From NCBI GenBank assembly GCA_027450145.1, contig DAIDKH010000035.1, forward strand, positions 1-44,990: DNA of 44,990 bases, given 5' to 3'. The notes under the pieces were generated by a model. That model was given only the letters and a program-made list of their open reading frames with translations, was not told the origin of the DNA and searched no databases. Within the stretch, counting starts at the first letter, position 1; every line of letters begins with the position of its first letter. Below are positions 1 to 9,688 of this stretch, piece after piece. This DNA is from Chthonomonadaceae bacterium (GTDB lineage Bacteria; Armatimonadota; Chthonomonadetes; Chthonomonadales; Chthonomonadaceae). The translations under genes were made by a program, and so were the position numbers.

Positions 1-509
1 TAGGAGTCCGGCTACCGCCGCCTTACCAACCGTGCTGCGCCCTTGCCCGATTTTGCGCCATTCGTGCTTGGTCTTCTCAAGACCGCCGATCTAGGTTTCG
101 TCAGCCTCTACCATGCAGTTGAAATTCTTAAAGGAGTTGTTCCGCATGGCGAAGAGATCCGGTGCAGTATGAACCAGGCCGTCTTTTGGCACACGCCGAT
201 ACCACGATGCAGTTCATAGGAACTGATGCCATTTTTGCAGTTGGCGATGAGCCACATTGCAACGAGCCATTTGTCCAGGCTAAGAGGTCTGTATTCAAAA
301 ATTGTGCCAACCTTGACGCTGAACTGCCGTTTACAATCCTTACAGCGATACACGTGGCTCTTATAGAAGCTAGGATCGTCACCGGCGCAATGAGGGCAGA
401 CAACGCCGTCAGGGTAGGCCATCTGCACGGCGAAATGGCGGGTAACGTCGGGATCGGAGACGTAGTGGACGACTTCGACTAGGGTTTGCGGGCAAGCATC
501 AAATACCAC
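1..509 (-). pseudogene. IS1595-family (ISXO2-like) transposase, disrupted and running off the window edge. The N-terminal zinc-ribbon/HTH part (108..509) is intact. The DDE part continues in the -1 frame with TAG in place of the conserved Tyr (VEADET*IGG).
   Basis: The 133-aa ORF carries CPHC...RCKDCKRQF and WLVAMWLIANCKNGISSYELHRGIGVCQKTAWFILHRI, as in IS1595 transposase N-termini. The reverse complement of nt 1..107 translates in another frame to VEADET*IGGLEKTKHEWRKIGQGRSTVGKAAVAGLL, matching the IS1595 DDE motif VEVDETYIGGK with an in-frame stop. All three frames hit stops shortly after position 108. Confidence 0.6.
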
Positions 510-584
510 GTCTTTAGATTACCAGATTAGGCCGTGCGTGTCATGTCTATAAGTACCGTCTTTTTCGTCAACACTTTAAGAATA

Positions 585-1235
585 TTAAGAGGAGGCAAGT
601 CGATCGAGAAGCTTTTCAAGCGTTGACTCTGCGCGCTTATCCAGGGTGGTAAACGCGACCCCAGCGCAAGCAATACCGCTAGGTGTAACCCAATTGCGCA
701 TCACCCGGCATCTTACGACAAGGTCCTGAGCTACTGCGCGCTTGCGCGCGTACAGATTTTCGTCGTCGAAATGAACCTTTACATCAATAAGACCTTCGCA
801 TTTTGCGTGCGACGGCAATGCCAGCCGCAACCCCCCAGCACTGACGTCCTCGACAGTGCATTCAATCCACGTACTTTCGCCAACCGGAACATATTTTGCA
901 TTAAGGCGGGACGCAAAACGAGCGTCCAAGCGCCGTTTGATCTCCCTTCCCGGTGTGTCCCAGCGCAAATGAAGAGTGTCACCCTCCAATGACTGAACGC
1001 AACAGGTGTATCGCACAGCCTGCCCAATTTTAAGCGTCATTATATCGGCTGCATCACCAGGCGTCACCTTATTCAGATTTGTTGAGGCGAGCACCTTCAC
1101 TACTATGTCGTTCTCAGCGCTGCCGACACCGATCATTTCACCATAGGCACGAGCACCACAACCCGGTAGAAGTATGTCCGTTATCAGGCGATCTGCATCA
1201 CCTGTATTTGTACCCAACATAGTAGTCTCCATCAT
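585..1235 (-). CDS. PilZ-domain c-di-GMP binding protein (YcgR-like flagellar brake family)
   Basis: The PilZ signature RxxxR is present (REIKRRLDARF), followed by D-x-S-x-GG (EDVSAGGLRL). The 216-aa size and N-terminal domain fit YcgR-like proteins. Confidence 0.55.
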   Translation of the reverse strand: MMETTMLGTNTGDADRLITDILLPGCGARAYGEMIGVGSAENDIVVKVLASTNLNKVTPGDAADIMTLKIGQAVRYTCCVQSLEGDTLHLRWDTPGREIKRRLDARFASRLNAKYVPVGESTWIECTVEDVSAGGLRLALPSHAKCEGLIDVKVHFDDENLYARKRAVAQDLVVRCRVMRNWVTPSGIACAGVAFTTLDKRAESTLEKLLDRLASS

Positions 1236-1348
1236 AATGCAAGAACGCAGTTACCTCCGTGGGCAGTGCCTCCTGCTATTGATGGCTAACGTCATGGTTA
1301 AACCACACAAATACTTGCCTGCACTCTTTAATTTCTATAGACCTGGCA

Positions 1349-1376
1349 CTAATAATGGTCAAGATTTCGCCGATAA
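1349..1376 (+). promoter_or_regulatory. Candidate sigma-28 (FliA)-type promoter upstream of the MCP gene
   Basis: cTAATaatggtcaagatttcGCCGATAA resembles the TAAA-N15-GCCGATAA consensus. The GCCGATAA box is a perfect match at 1369..1376 and lies 50 nt upstream of the MCP start. Confidence 0.4.
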
Positions 1377-1426
1377 TACCGCTACTTTAGCAGGTAAATT
1401 GACTTTGCAGGCAGGTTAATTCGCTG

Positions 1427-2809
1427 ATGAGAACGAACAGTAAAGTTGTGTGGACCCTGGCAGTGGCGACAACGTTTCTTTGCACCCTATTAAACGGAAA
1501 GTCATTGTGGGGCATTGCGCTCGCAAGCGTTGCATTGGGCTTTGTCATCTATGAGCGGCGACTATTTCAGCGGCAACTGGACTCGCAACGAACGGATGTT
1601 GATGTTCCTAACGATCAATCAAAACACCGAGAAATACAAAGCGATGTAAATGATCTAGAGGTTGACGACCTCCGTCAGAAACTGGAGTCTGCGCAAAATG
1701 AGATCGCGACGCTTCATGGTGAAAAGGACATCATAATAGCGGACTTACAACTTGCATTCGACGAAGTTCGGGCTCTGGTTGAGGAGCTTGCGCTGCTCCG
1801 AAATATTCGGGAGGACAGGAACGAGCAACGCCAGGAGGCTGGTTTCCAGCGCACCGAGCGTGAGGCACTTGCAGCGCGCGTTGCCCACATGGCAGATCAT
1901 CTAAGCGGACAGGTTATGGTCTCGCTCGAAGAAGCCGAAGACGCAATCTCCAAGGCCATTTCCGCCTTCGAACAAATGTCGAACGAAGCAGAAAACTCCA
2001 TTGACAGTCTTCAGCAGTTTCTTAATATTGACAATGCACATAGCATAATAGCTGTTTCAGATCGTGCTGCGTCGCTCATGAGTAAATTCGTGACCAGCAT
2101 GGTGGATACAGGTCACGAGATATCAGCGGCGGCAAATAAACTTCAAGCTTTTACATCCGTAGTCGCGCAACTGCGCGGCCTTTTAGATGAAATCGACCGG
2201 TTGGCTGACCAGACGACTATGCTTGCTCTTAATGCATCTATTGAGGCCGCTCGTGCAGGCGTGCATGGAAGAGGTTTTTCGGTAGTCGCGCAGGAAGTGC
2301 GGAAGCTATCCGATCGTAGCCGCATCGCTGCTGAAAACATGCGATCGCTTACCAGAAACCTCACGCAGGAAAATTCGAGCCTCGTTGAGACGCTTGGCAT
2401 GGCCGCGAGTCGCAGTCTGGAGGAGAGCTGCGAAGCACAGGGCAAACTCAACTCGCTGCTCGTTAGCATACGCGAATCTGACGTTCAAACCAGAAACCTT
2501 CTCGACAAAATGGTGGGCCAGAACCGAAGCGTCATCAACGATGTTCAGCGAATCGTAATTGCCTTTCAGTTCCACGACTTGCTGAGACAGAGGCTAAATC
2601 ACGTTTATGATCCACTTGTTGCACTTCGCGATGAGCTGCAGTCCGGATCAACCGATGTTGCTGCCTCGCAAGTACTGGGAACTGGCACAGATGGTAGAAC
2701 GATTGCGCTTCCCGAGGAGAGCAAACGGATATCTGTGGGGATCGCACCAGAGCTGTTTGTGGTGAATTACGATGACAGCACCGAGGAGGACGATATCACC
2801 CTGTTTTAG
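1427..2809 (+). CDS. Methyl-accepting chemotaxis protein
   Basis: Two N-terminal TM helices and a long coiled coil precede the MCP signalling-domain core [40 protein letters not shown]. Confidence 0.8.
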   Translation: MRTNSKVVWTLAVATTFLCTLLNGKSLWGIALASVALGFVIYERRLFQRQLDSQRTDVDVPNDQSKHREIQSDVNDLEVDDLRQKLESAQNEIATLHGEKDIIIADLQLAFDEVRALVEELALLRNIREDRNEQRQEAGFQRTEREALAARVAHMADHLSGQVMVSLEEAEDAISKAISAFEQMSNEAENSIDSLQQFLNIDNAHSIIAVSDRAASLMSKFVTSMVDTGHEISAAANKLQAFTSVVAQLRGLLDEIDRLADQTTMLALNASIEAARAGVHGRGFSVVAQEVRKLSDRSRIAAENMRSLTRNLTQENSSLVETLGMAASRSLEESCEAQGKLNSLLVSIRESDVQTRNLLDKMVGQNRSVINDVQRIVIAFQFHDLLRQRLNHVYDPLVALRDELQSGSTDVAASQVLGTGTDGRTIALPEESKRISVGIAPELFVVNYDDSTEEDDITLF

Positions 2810-2817
2810 GGCACCAC

Positions 2818-3582
2818 CTACGGGTGCTCAGTAGTAGCGCAGGGGGTCGTGTCTACAGTTGGTGCTGTCTGTTTCAAACTTGGCTTTGCGCCCAATTCTA
2901 CAAGGAGCTGCTCAAGCCGTGTTGCGGCTGTTTTCAAGCCGGCGCTGCCGCGTTTGCCGTCGCTAAGTTCACTGTAGGTTACTGGATCGCCAAATCGAAC
3001 TACAATGCCTGCAGAAGTGAGCTTTGGCACTACTTTGCCGTATGGCATTAGCTTATCAGTATCAATAATTGCCGCCGGAACTACAGGCGCTCCAGTCCGC
3101 TGGGCGACCAGAAGTGCACCCGGCAGAATTGGCAATAGCGTGCCACTTTCGCTTAACTCGCCCTCCGGAAAGATTACCACAGGCTCGCCCTGCAGTAGGA
3201 GCTCCTCGGCCCGGCGAATCGCACCCCTGTCTGCCCCACCTCGTTTCACTGGAAAGCCCCTTAGCGACGCGATTAACCAGCCAACCAACTTCATCTCAAA
3301 TAACTCACTAGCGGCCATCACGTAACAATACCGGCGCGACGCATACACAATGGTAGGCGGATCTGCGTTACTGATATGGTTGGGAGTAATAAGTACACCA
3401 CCGTGGGAGGGGATTCTATCGCGGCCCTCAACGGTGATGCCTCCGGTCAGGCGGTAGATCACCCATAGAATCAGCCAGAAAATGGACCTTAGCGTAAGAT
3501 ACTTCATGCGGCCAATGAGCCCCTTTAAAATCACAGATCGTCTTCGCGCGAGCCGATGTACTGCCCTAAGCCCGATAAGCAA
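2818..3582 (-). CDS. plsC: 1-acyl-sn-glycerol-3-phosphate acyltransferase (lysophospholipid acyltransferase)
   Basis: Acyltransferase motifs NHxxxxD (PNHISNADP) and FPEGE are present. The start may instead be the internal Met MKYLTL at about 3504. Confidence 0.7.
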   Translation of the reverse strand: MLIGLRAVHRLARRRSVILKGLIGRMKYLTLRSIFWLILWVIYRLTGGITVEGRDRIPSHGGVLITPNHISNADPPTIVYASRRYCYVMAASELFEMKLVGWLIASLRGFPVKRGGADRGAIRRAEELLLQGEPVVIFPEGELSESGTLLPILPGALLVAQRTGAPVVPAAIIDTDKLMPYGKVVPKLTSAGIVVRFGDPVTYSELSDGKRGSAGLKTAATRLEQLLVELGAKPSLKQTAPTVDTTPCATTEHP

Positions 3583-3672
3583 GGATGTTATCGCAACTTA
3601 CAGCGTCTATAATATACTGTACTCACGTGTATTTACAAAGGTCCAACGCAAGCACTTCGTGTCATTAATCCA

Positions 3673-4185
3673 ATGTCATTTACTGGAACACCTAAAGTAT
3701 TTATTGAGCCCATGGTAGCTATGCACCTGGACGCAGTTATGTCCATAGATAGGCGCTCGTATTTTGTACCCTGGCATGCCTCGGCCTATCACACAGAGTT
3801 GCATAATCGCGCAGCAACCTACCTGGTCGCCTTGCAAAATGAAGAAGTGATAGCCTACGGAGGCTTGTGGGTAATTATGGACGAAGGCCATATTACAACC
3901 CTGGCTGTTGACCCGCTACACCGTGGCCGTCACATTGGTGAAAGGATGCTGCTTGCTTTAGTAGACGAAGCAATCCTACGTAAGGCAACGCACATAACTC
4001 TTGAGGTTAGAGAGCGTAATATCACCGCGCAATCTCTTTACACTAAGTACGGGTTTAAAAGGCGTGGTATTCGTCGAGGGTATTATACGGATAATGGCGA
4101 GAACGCGGTGATTATGTGGGCCGAGGATGTCGACAAACCTTCTTACCAGGAATTACTGGATAAGCTGCGCAACGCACTTGGCTAA
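3673..4185 (+). CDS. rimI: GNAT N-acetyltransferase, ribosomal-protein-alanine acetyltransferase-like
   Basis: A GNAT fold is indicated by HITTLAVDPLHRGRHIGERMLL and the YTKYGF..RGYY motif, with RimI-like length and layout. The true start may be an internal Met near 3712. Confidence 0.65.
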   Translation: MSFTGTPKVFIEPMVAMHLDAVMSIDRRSYFVPWHASAYHTELHNRAATYLVALQNEEVIAYGGLWVIMDEGHITTLAVDPLHRGRHIGERMLLALVDEAILRKATHITLEVRERNITAQSLYTKYGFKRRGIRRGYYTDNGENAVIMWAEDVDKPSYQELLDKLRNALG

Positions 4186-4243
4186 GGATTCGGAAGCCGC
4201 ATAGCAGCAACATCATACAGCACTCAAAGTCCGTAACTCTAAC

Positions 4244-5101
4244 CTAGGGCCTAAACCAGGGCCGTTCCCCGTCTCCCGCTGGCTCCCCTATAGGCTGCGG
4301 GCAGCACAATAGCCCGCACGAAACTGTGCTTTCTGCCATGCGTCGTTCACCGGATGTTAACAAAGGATCCGTCGGATCATTTACAATGTTGCCGCGCGAA
4401 ACATAGAGTGCTGCATTCATGAAGTCGTCCGGACGCATCCAGCGAGTATGGCCATCGGCAAACACATAGTTTCCACCACCATTGTGCCTTGTTCCAATCT
4501 GCCACTTTACGTGCAGCGTGCAGTGTGCAGCATACCTATCGTTCGGCAGCGCGTTCATACTGTCACCATAAGCATCATGAATCAACGCAGCTGATGGGCT
4601 GGGATCACTTGGTGGAGCGGAATCCCGCGCCCACCCGCTGTTTGCGAATCCATCCGCCCATAATACAACCGTCGCCGGAGTGGGGAACGACGCCTGGCTG
4701 TTATAGGTGGTGAACCGCGAAAAGACATAAACGTTCCACAGGTAGCTCGTGCGCGTGAAGTAGGTTGCGCTACCGGTACGTCCATCCCACACCGTCGCAT
4801 GTGGGTCCGACGGACACACCCATACTACCCAGCCGTTCAAATAAGGAGCATGAATATCGGGCAGCATCGCATTTGGCGACACGCCGGGTATGGCGTAACT
4901 GTTGTCGTAATCCTGAAGGTACATGCTTGCGGCCATACCCAGTTGCTGTAGGTTAGATGCACAAACTGTGGACCTCACCTGCTCCCGGGCTTGAACCAAC
5001 ACTGGTGAAAGCAGGCTGGCGAGTACGGCGATTATACTGGTGGTGACAAGCAGTTCTACCAGCGTGAAGCCCTTGTTTGGTTTTTGATATACCTCACCCA
5101 T
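4244..5101 (-). CDS. DUF1559 family protein with prepilin-type N-terminal cleavage/methylation domain
   Basis: The N-terminus KGFTLVELLVTTSIIAVLASLL is prepilin-like, followed by NLQQLGMAASMYLQDYD and a C-terminal FADGHTRWM (H-x-DG) motif. Confidence 0.75.
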   Translation of the reverse strand: MGEVYQKPNKGFTLVELLVTTSIIAVLASLLSPVLVQAREQVRSTVCASNLQQLGMAASMYLQDYDNSYAIPGVSPNAMLPDIHAPYLNGWVVWVCPSDPHATVWDGRTGSATYFTRTSYLWNVYVFSRFTTYNSQASFPTPATVVLWADGFANSGWARDSAPPSDPSPSAALIHDAYGDSMNALPNDRYAAHCTLHVKWQIGTRHNGGGNYVFADGHTRWMRPDDFMNAALYVSRGNIVNDPTDPLLTSGERRMAESTVSCGLLCCPQPIGEPAGDGERPWFRP

Positions 5102-5167
5102 GGTCCCACCGTACTGAGCATAAAGGATTTAAACCATTGAGTATTATCGGCGGGTAGCGTGCAAATA

Positions 5168-6028
5168 TCAGGATGGAGTAAGGTGGAACACTGCAATTTC
5201 AGGAAGGGCGTTAACGCGAACAGGGATACCCAGTACTCCTAGGCCCCGTGAAACGTACATTTTGCCAGGCCAATGCTGGCTGTGAAACCAACCGCGTAGG
5301 TACTTACTTCGCTTATCCAACACCAAATCAGTAATAATTGGCAAGTCAATCTGTCCGCCGTGGGTATGACCGGCCAGTGTGGTGACGTTATATCCTCGAA
5401 GCACGTCGAATTCCAGAGGATTGTGCGTCATGCAGAGGACAGCATCGCGTTGTCGTACCTTACCGAACGCTTTTTCAGTATCGGGTTCTCCCGTGGCGTA
5501 ATCATCGACACCCACAAGCCGTAATCCGTTTCTAAGCATCACCGAACTATTTACCAGTACCTCTACCCCTACATTGCGCAATGCGGCCTTAATAATTGGT
5601 GCTCCAAGCCAGTTGTCGCTAGCGTAGTCATGGTTGCCCAAAACGGCATAGCTACCCAGGGGAGCATGTAACTGTTGTATCGCACGGGCACAGGAGGGCA
5701 TGAATGAGGTATGTGCCGTGATAAAATCGCCGGTAAGCAACACAATATCTGGGCGGTGCCTGTTGGCGGCGGCTATACAGCGATCAATAAAAGAACTCGA
5801 GACGCACCAGGATCGATGCAAATCGCTTATTTGAACAACAGTGCATGGTGAGGCCAGATTTGGAACGACCACCCTGTGATGAGTTGAAACAATCGTTTCG
5901 GTGTCCCAAAAAATACCATAGCCCCCCGCACCAGTAGTGGCAGCCAGAACGAGAGCCCGTTTAGCAAGCGAACGGCGAGACACCTGAACTTTATCTTGAG
6001 GTAAATCATCACCAATGGTCGTAGACAT
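5168..6028 (-). CDS. Calcineurin-like metallophosphoesterase, Tat-secreted
   Basis: A twin-arginine signal SRRSLAKRALVLAA is followed by metallophosphoesterase motifs DLH, GDF, GNHD and GHTHGGQ. Confidence 0.75.
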   Translation of the reverse strand: MSTTIGDDLPQDKVQVSRRSLAKRALVLAATTGAGGYGIFWDTETIVSTHHRVVVPNLASPCTVVQISDLHRSWCVSSSFIDRCIAAANRHRPDIVLLTGDFITAHTSFMPSCARAIQQLHAPLGSYAVLGNHDYASDNWLGAPIIKAALRNVGVEVLVNSSVMLRNGLRLVGVDDYATGEPDTEKAFGKVRQRDAVLCMTHNPLEFDVLRGYNVTTLAGHTHGGQIDLPIITDLVLDKRSKYLRGWFHSQHWPGKMYVSRGLGVLGIPVRVNALPEIAVFHLTPS

Positions 6029-6375
6029 ACACCTTGTATACCATGTTCATCGTAAATTGCGTTCCGCAATGCATTCATCCTAAGGTTGAGCATCCCATCG
6101 CGAAAAGGGTCAAAAGTTGGCTTGGTACCGAGCCGATCGGCTTCATAAGGAGGCGGCATGCCAGTTGACGCCCATGTAAGCGAGCGTCAATCAATGCTGC
6201 GGACAACTTCATCAGAACCCGGGCGAGGTTCACCCTACTCATCGCCCTAAAAATTTGCTAATACTTACATACAATGTAAGCCATAATGGGAGTATAATAG
6301 TTCGTGTAAATGTGAAATAGCTACGCCGGTGCTTATTTTCCCGGATGTAGCGACGAAATCAAGGAGTGTTGCCAC

Positions 6376-6585
6376 TTGGCGAAGGTAGCTGTTAAACCGG
6401 GCGAAGGTTTTGAAACTGCCCTACGACGTTTTAAGAAGTTGACCATGGAGAGCGGTATCCTTAAGGAAGCACGCGCCCATGAGCACTATGAGAAACCCAG
6501 CGATCGACGTCGCCGGGAAGCAGCAGCTCGTCTGCGTAAAATCGCCAAGGCTCGCCGCCAGCAGGAGAGCCGCGACAGCCGATAG
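6376..6585 (+). CDS. rpsU: 30S ribosomal protein S21
   Basis: AKVAVKPGEGFETALRRFKKLTMESGILKEARAHEHYEKPSDRRRRE aligns to the S21 family. It uses a TTG start, with an AAGGAG Shine-Dalgarno at 6361..6366. Confidence 0.85.
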   Translation: MAKVAVKPGEGFETALRRFKKLTMESGILKEARAHEHYEKPSDRRRREAAARLRKIAKARRQQESRDSR

Positions 6586-6614
6586 GTGTAACCTAGTCTG
6601 CTGGAGCTGTGCAA

Positions 6615-6646
6615 GGGCGCGTAATATGAATTACGCGCCCTTTTTT
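6615..6646 (+). terminator. Rho-independent terminator of rpsU
   Basis: An 11-bp perfect stem GGGCGCGTAAT/ATTACGCGCCC with loop ATGA is followed by TTTTTT. Confidence 0.8.
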
Positions 6647-6682
6647 GCTTTATGCATGCGAATTGTCCATACGACACACAAA

Positions 6683-7339
6683 ATGAACGACCACAATCAA
6701 ACACCAAAGAGACTAGCGGTACTTGCTTTGGCACAGCAGGCTGCCAACTGCATGAACTGTGGTTTGGCCAGCACGCGAACCCAGGTTGTTTTCGGCGACG
6801 GTAACCCAGATGGTCCCTTACTCATTGTGGGCGAAGGCCCCGGTATGAATGAGGATCTCGAGGGTAGACCTTTCGTGGGCAAGGCGGGACAACTTCTGGA
6901 TTCATGCCTGGCAGAGCAGACTATAGACCGACGACACATATACATAACGAACGTTGTGCGGTGCAGACCAACTATCCGCGAGGAGAAATCGGTGCGAAAT
7001 CGGCCACCTAGCTCGGAAGAGATGGCAGCGTGCCTGCCCTGGCTGCAGCAAACAATCGCGATTATTCAACCCGTCGTAATTCTCTGTCTAGGTGCGCCCT
7101 CTGCCAAGACGATCATCAAGCCGGATTTCAGGATCACGCAGGAGCGCGGCCAATGGTTTTCCAATTCTTACGCCCCTAACATCATTGCCAGCTGGCACCC
7201 TTCCTATGTCATGAGGATGCACGGCGACGCGTACGACAAGGCCCGCGCTCAATTGGTTGGTGACATCGCGGCCGCACGCAATCGTGTGCGTGAAGTGCGC
7301 CGTACGCTCGAGCAAAGCACGGCATTAGAAGAGACCTAG
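6683..7339 (+). CDS. Uracil-DNA glycosylase, family 4 (4Fe-4S type)
   Basis: Motif A GEGPGMNED and motif B SWHPSY are both present. Cys residues (CMNC..., VVRCRP, AACLPW) fit the Fe-S cluster pattern. The listed ORF begins at 6479 but the homologous region starts at the ATG at 6683, downstream of the rpsU terminator. Confidence 0.75.
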   Translation: MNDHNQTPKRLAVLALAQQAANCMNCGLASTRTQVVFGDGNPDGPLLIVGEGPGMNEDLEGRPFVGKAGQLLDSCLAEQTIDRRHIYITNVVRCRPTIREEKSVRNRPPSSEEMAACLPWLQQTIAIIQPVVILCLGAPSAKTIIKPDFRITQERGQWFSNSYAPNIIASWHPSYVMRMHGDAYDKARAQLVGDIAAARNRVREVRRTLEQSTALEET

Positions 7340-9529
7340 TTCGCCCTGTCCTGGCCTAAACTTCACCAATGGAAAAAGGCGCACGCACTCTGCCTCGCCC
7401 CCAAAAGCTGGTGAAAGCCTCATTGCAAATTTATGTAGCTTGGCCACATAGTAGGCAGTGTTTTCGTCGTCGTTGTAGTCCTCAATGCGTGCCAAATCAC
7501 CCAGGTCGCGCTCGTAAACGTCTACGAATTCTCCTACCACAACACCGGTCGCGACGGCGGCAGATCGCTTACGGTGCTCACTGCTAAACGTCTTGGTGGT
7601 TACCCGTTCCCGTCGCGCTAACAGTTCGATGTTAACATCTCGCTGAATCAGCCGATTGATCCACCGGTGGTACAGTCCCGGAACCGATGATGAGGCGTCG
7701 TTCAGGATAAGCGTAATAGCTTCTTCCAAAAACTGCCTACCAAACGGTTCGTCCGATCGAGAGCGTAGTGCTGCGCCTCTAAGGATCTGCTTGCCATCGT
7801 ACGTTTGAAGCACATAGTTCTTAGTCTTAAGCGAGATCATCTTTCTATAGCGGCCATCGAAGGCGAGCCGTATGCCTGGAGGCATCTCGTCATCGATGCT
7901 GGCGACAAAAGCTCGCTCCGCCTCTTCTGTGCTAGCCCCATCAGGCGGAACGAAATAGACGCCATCGGTATCGATTTCAATAACACGGCAGCCACGTTTG
8001 GTCATCTTATTCGCGATAGACTGAACCAGGCTGCGCCCTAGTTCAGTTACGCGGCCTGCAGCAGCAGGATCGTTGAAAGGAAATGGGCCGCCGAGGTAAC
8101 CGTAAAACGAGTTAATGAGCACTTTGAAACTTGCTTGCAAACCATCCCAGTATTCATAGTCGCTGCCACCATGCTCTTTAACCTTGGCGGCACGTTGCTT
8201 CGCCTCAATGCGCCGCTTGGTGAGCTCCTTCAGGCAGGGCAAAAATACGTTCTCTGTGTCGGATGCCGGTGCAATGTTTTCCGCAAGCATCAGGCTTGGG
8301 TAGAGGCTCTCTACATCAGCCTTTACCACATGGTTAATAACACCGGTTTCCACAAGCTGGGTGTAACCGCCTAAATTTGCTTCCTGGGTAGTGCCTATAG
8401 GTAGAGCCGTGCCCGTGCGTAAATAAGCACGTATGAGGAGAGAGTTTATCTTGTCACCAGCCCCACTAGCGGCAACTGCCTGGTAGTTGTCCGGTGTCAT
8501 TTGCGTTTGGTAAAATTCCACAGGCGTCACCAAATTGGCAAGCTTTTGTGTCTCCACTACATCCTGCCGGGCATACTTGAGGACTGTGTCATGTTGGTTC
8601 GTCAACAGTTCTTCCATCCGATCACGTGGTAGCTCTACACGATCCTCATCGGCAAACCCAAATACTCTTGCGCACTCCTTCAATCCGTAGCGGGACAAAG
8701 CTCCGCGGGCCCAGTCAAATCGTTGAACGATCAAATAGGTATCAAGTACATGGCGGCCATGAATAGTTACTGGAGTAAATGGGCGGGTAAACCCGCCAAT
8801 TGCATAGTTTCGCTGACGTTCTACACGGGGTTCGGTGGAGTTTCGGCCCAATGTCAGTGGTATACCCAACCGTTTAGCACGTCCAATGAGGTACGGTAGG
8901 TCAAAACCAAAAACGTTGTGCCCCTCCAACACATCAGGATTCCGCTCATTTACCATCTCAATGAAGCTAGAGATGACATGCTCCTCATCGCCCTCAATGA
9001 TCTCTAGCAGTCCCTTGGTGTCCGCAACGGCTATCAACAGAATGCGTGCGTCCGGCAATGATGCGTCTAACCCAGTGGACTCGAGATCAAACTGCATCCG
9101 TACGATCTCTGAAAACTGCATGCCCTTAAACAGGGTGTCTCCCGATCGCATCAGCGCCATTCGCACGGGGCTGTTGACCGATATGAACGGCGTGTTCTTG
9201 TTTCTTAGCACCGCCTTCGCATCTGACCACTGGGTAAGTGAGCTAAACTCCAGCAAGTTACGTGCGCCTGCACCCTTTAGTACCGTTACCTCGCTATTTT
9301 CAGGTAGTTTGCTATCAAAAGCTGCTGTCACTAGCCACGGCCGCCAGCGCTCTACGGTGCGGCTCACCTTGTCGCCGTCCCGTCGATAAACCTCCAACTC
9401 CCCTTGAGGGTCCGCCTCAACAGCCACTATCCGCTGCCTGTCGCCGGCCCCATAAAGGAGTGGGCTCTCGTTAGGTGCAAAACCTGTCATAAAGCGCTCC
9501 CAACCTGTAATGATATCAGTGTACTCCAC
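7325..9529 (-). CDS. polB: Family B DNA polymerase (DNA polymerase II-like) with 3'-5' exonuclease domain
   Basis: Exo I is FDLESTGL, Exo II is NVFGFDLPYL and Exo III is YARQD. Polymerase motif A is DVESLYPS, motif B is KVLINSFYGY and motif C is IDTDGV. Confidence 0.8.
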   Translation of the reverse strand: MEYTDIITGWERFMTGFAPNESPLLYGAGDRQRIVAVEADPQGELEVYRRDGDKVSRTVERWRPWLVTAAFDSKLPENSEVTVLKGAGARNLLEFSSLTQWSDAKAVLRNKNTPFISVNSPVRMALMRSGDTLFKGMQFSEIVRMQFDLESTGLDASLPDARILLIAVADTKGLLEIIEGDEEHVISSFIEMVNERNPDVLEGHNVFGFDLPYLIGRAKRLGIPLTLGRNSTEPRVERQRNYAIGGFTRPFTPVTIHGRHVLDTYLIVQRFDWARGALSRYGLKECARVFGFADEDRVELPRDRMEELLTNQHDTVLKYARQDVVETQKLANLVTPVEFYQTQMTPDNYQAVAASGAGDKINSLLIRAYLRTGTALPIGTTQEANLGGYTQLVETGVINHVVKADVESLYPSLMLAENIAPASDTENVFLPCLKELTKRRIEAKQRAAKVKEHGGSDYEYWDGLQASFKVLINSFYGYLGGPFPFNDPAAAGRVTELGRSLVQSIANKMTKRGCRVIEIDTDGVYFVPPDGASTEEAERAFVASIDDEMPPGIRLAFDGRYRKMISLKTKNYVLQTYDGKQILRGAALRSRSDEPFGRQFLEEAITLILNDASSSVPGLYHRWINRLIQRDVNIELLARRERVTTKTFSSEHRKRSAAVATGVVVGEFVDVYERDLGDLARIEDYNDDENTAYYVAKLHKFAMRLSPAFGGEAECVRLFPLVKFRPGQGELGLF

Positions 9530-9559
9530 CTCGTCTCAACGCGCCTTACACCCATTTAC

Positions 9560-9573
9560 CGGTAATGTTACCG
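9560..9573. promoter_or_regulatory. Perfect-arm palindrome CGGTAA-TG-TTACCG about 30 nt upstream of the polB start (candidate operator)
   Basis: Read directly from the sequence. The 6+2+6 inverted repeat lies in the polB 5' region. It does not match the E. coli LexA box. Confidence 0.25.
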
Positions 9574-9688
9574 TGAAGGAATATTGCCTGCTAGGCGCGA
9601 AACCATTGTGTGGTGAATGTAAGATTCTCGCACCGCCTGCATTTCTATATCTAACCGACACGCCAACATTTACAAAGGAGCCCCCCTT

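Noticed and set aside
162-482. 106-aa ORF antisense to the IS1595 transposase N-terminal ORF
   Set aside because: It is fully embedded antisense in a region with clear transposase homology on the other strand.
6479-6682. N-terminal 68 codons of the long ORF that contains the UDG
   Set aside because: The extension overlaps rpsU and its intrinsic terminator. UDG homology begins at the ATG at 6683.
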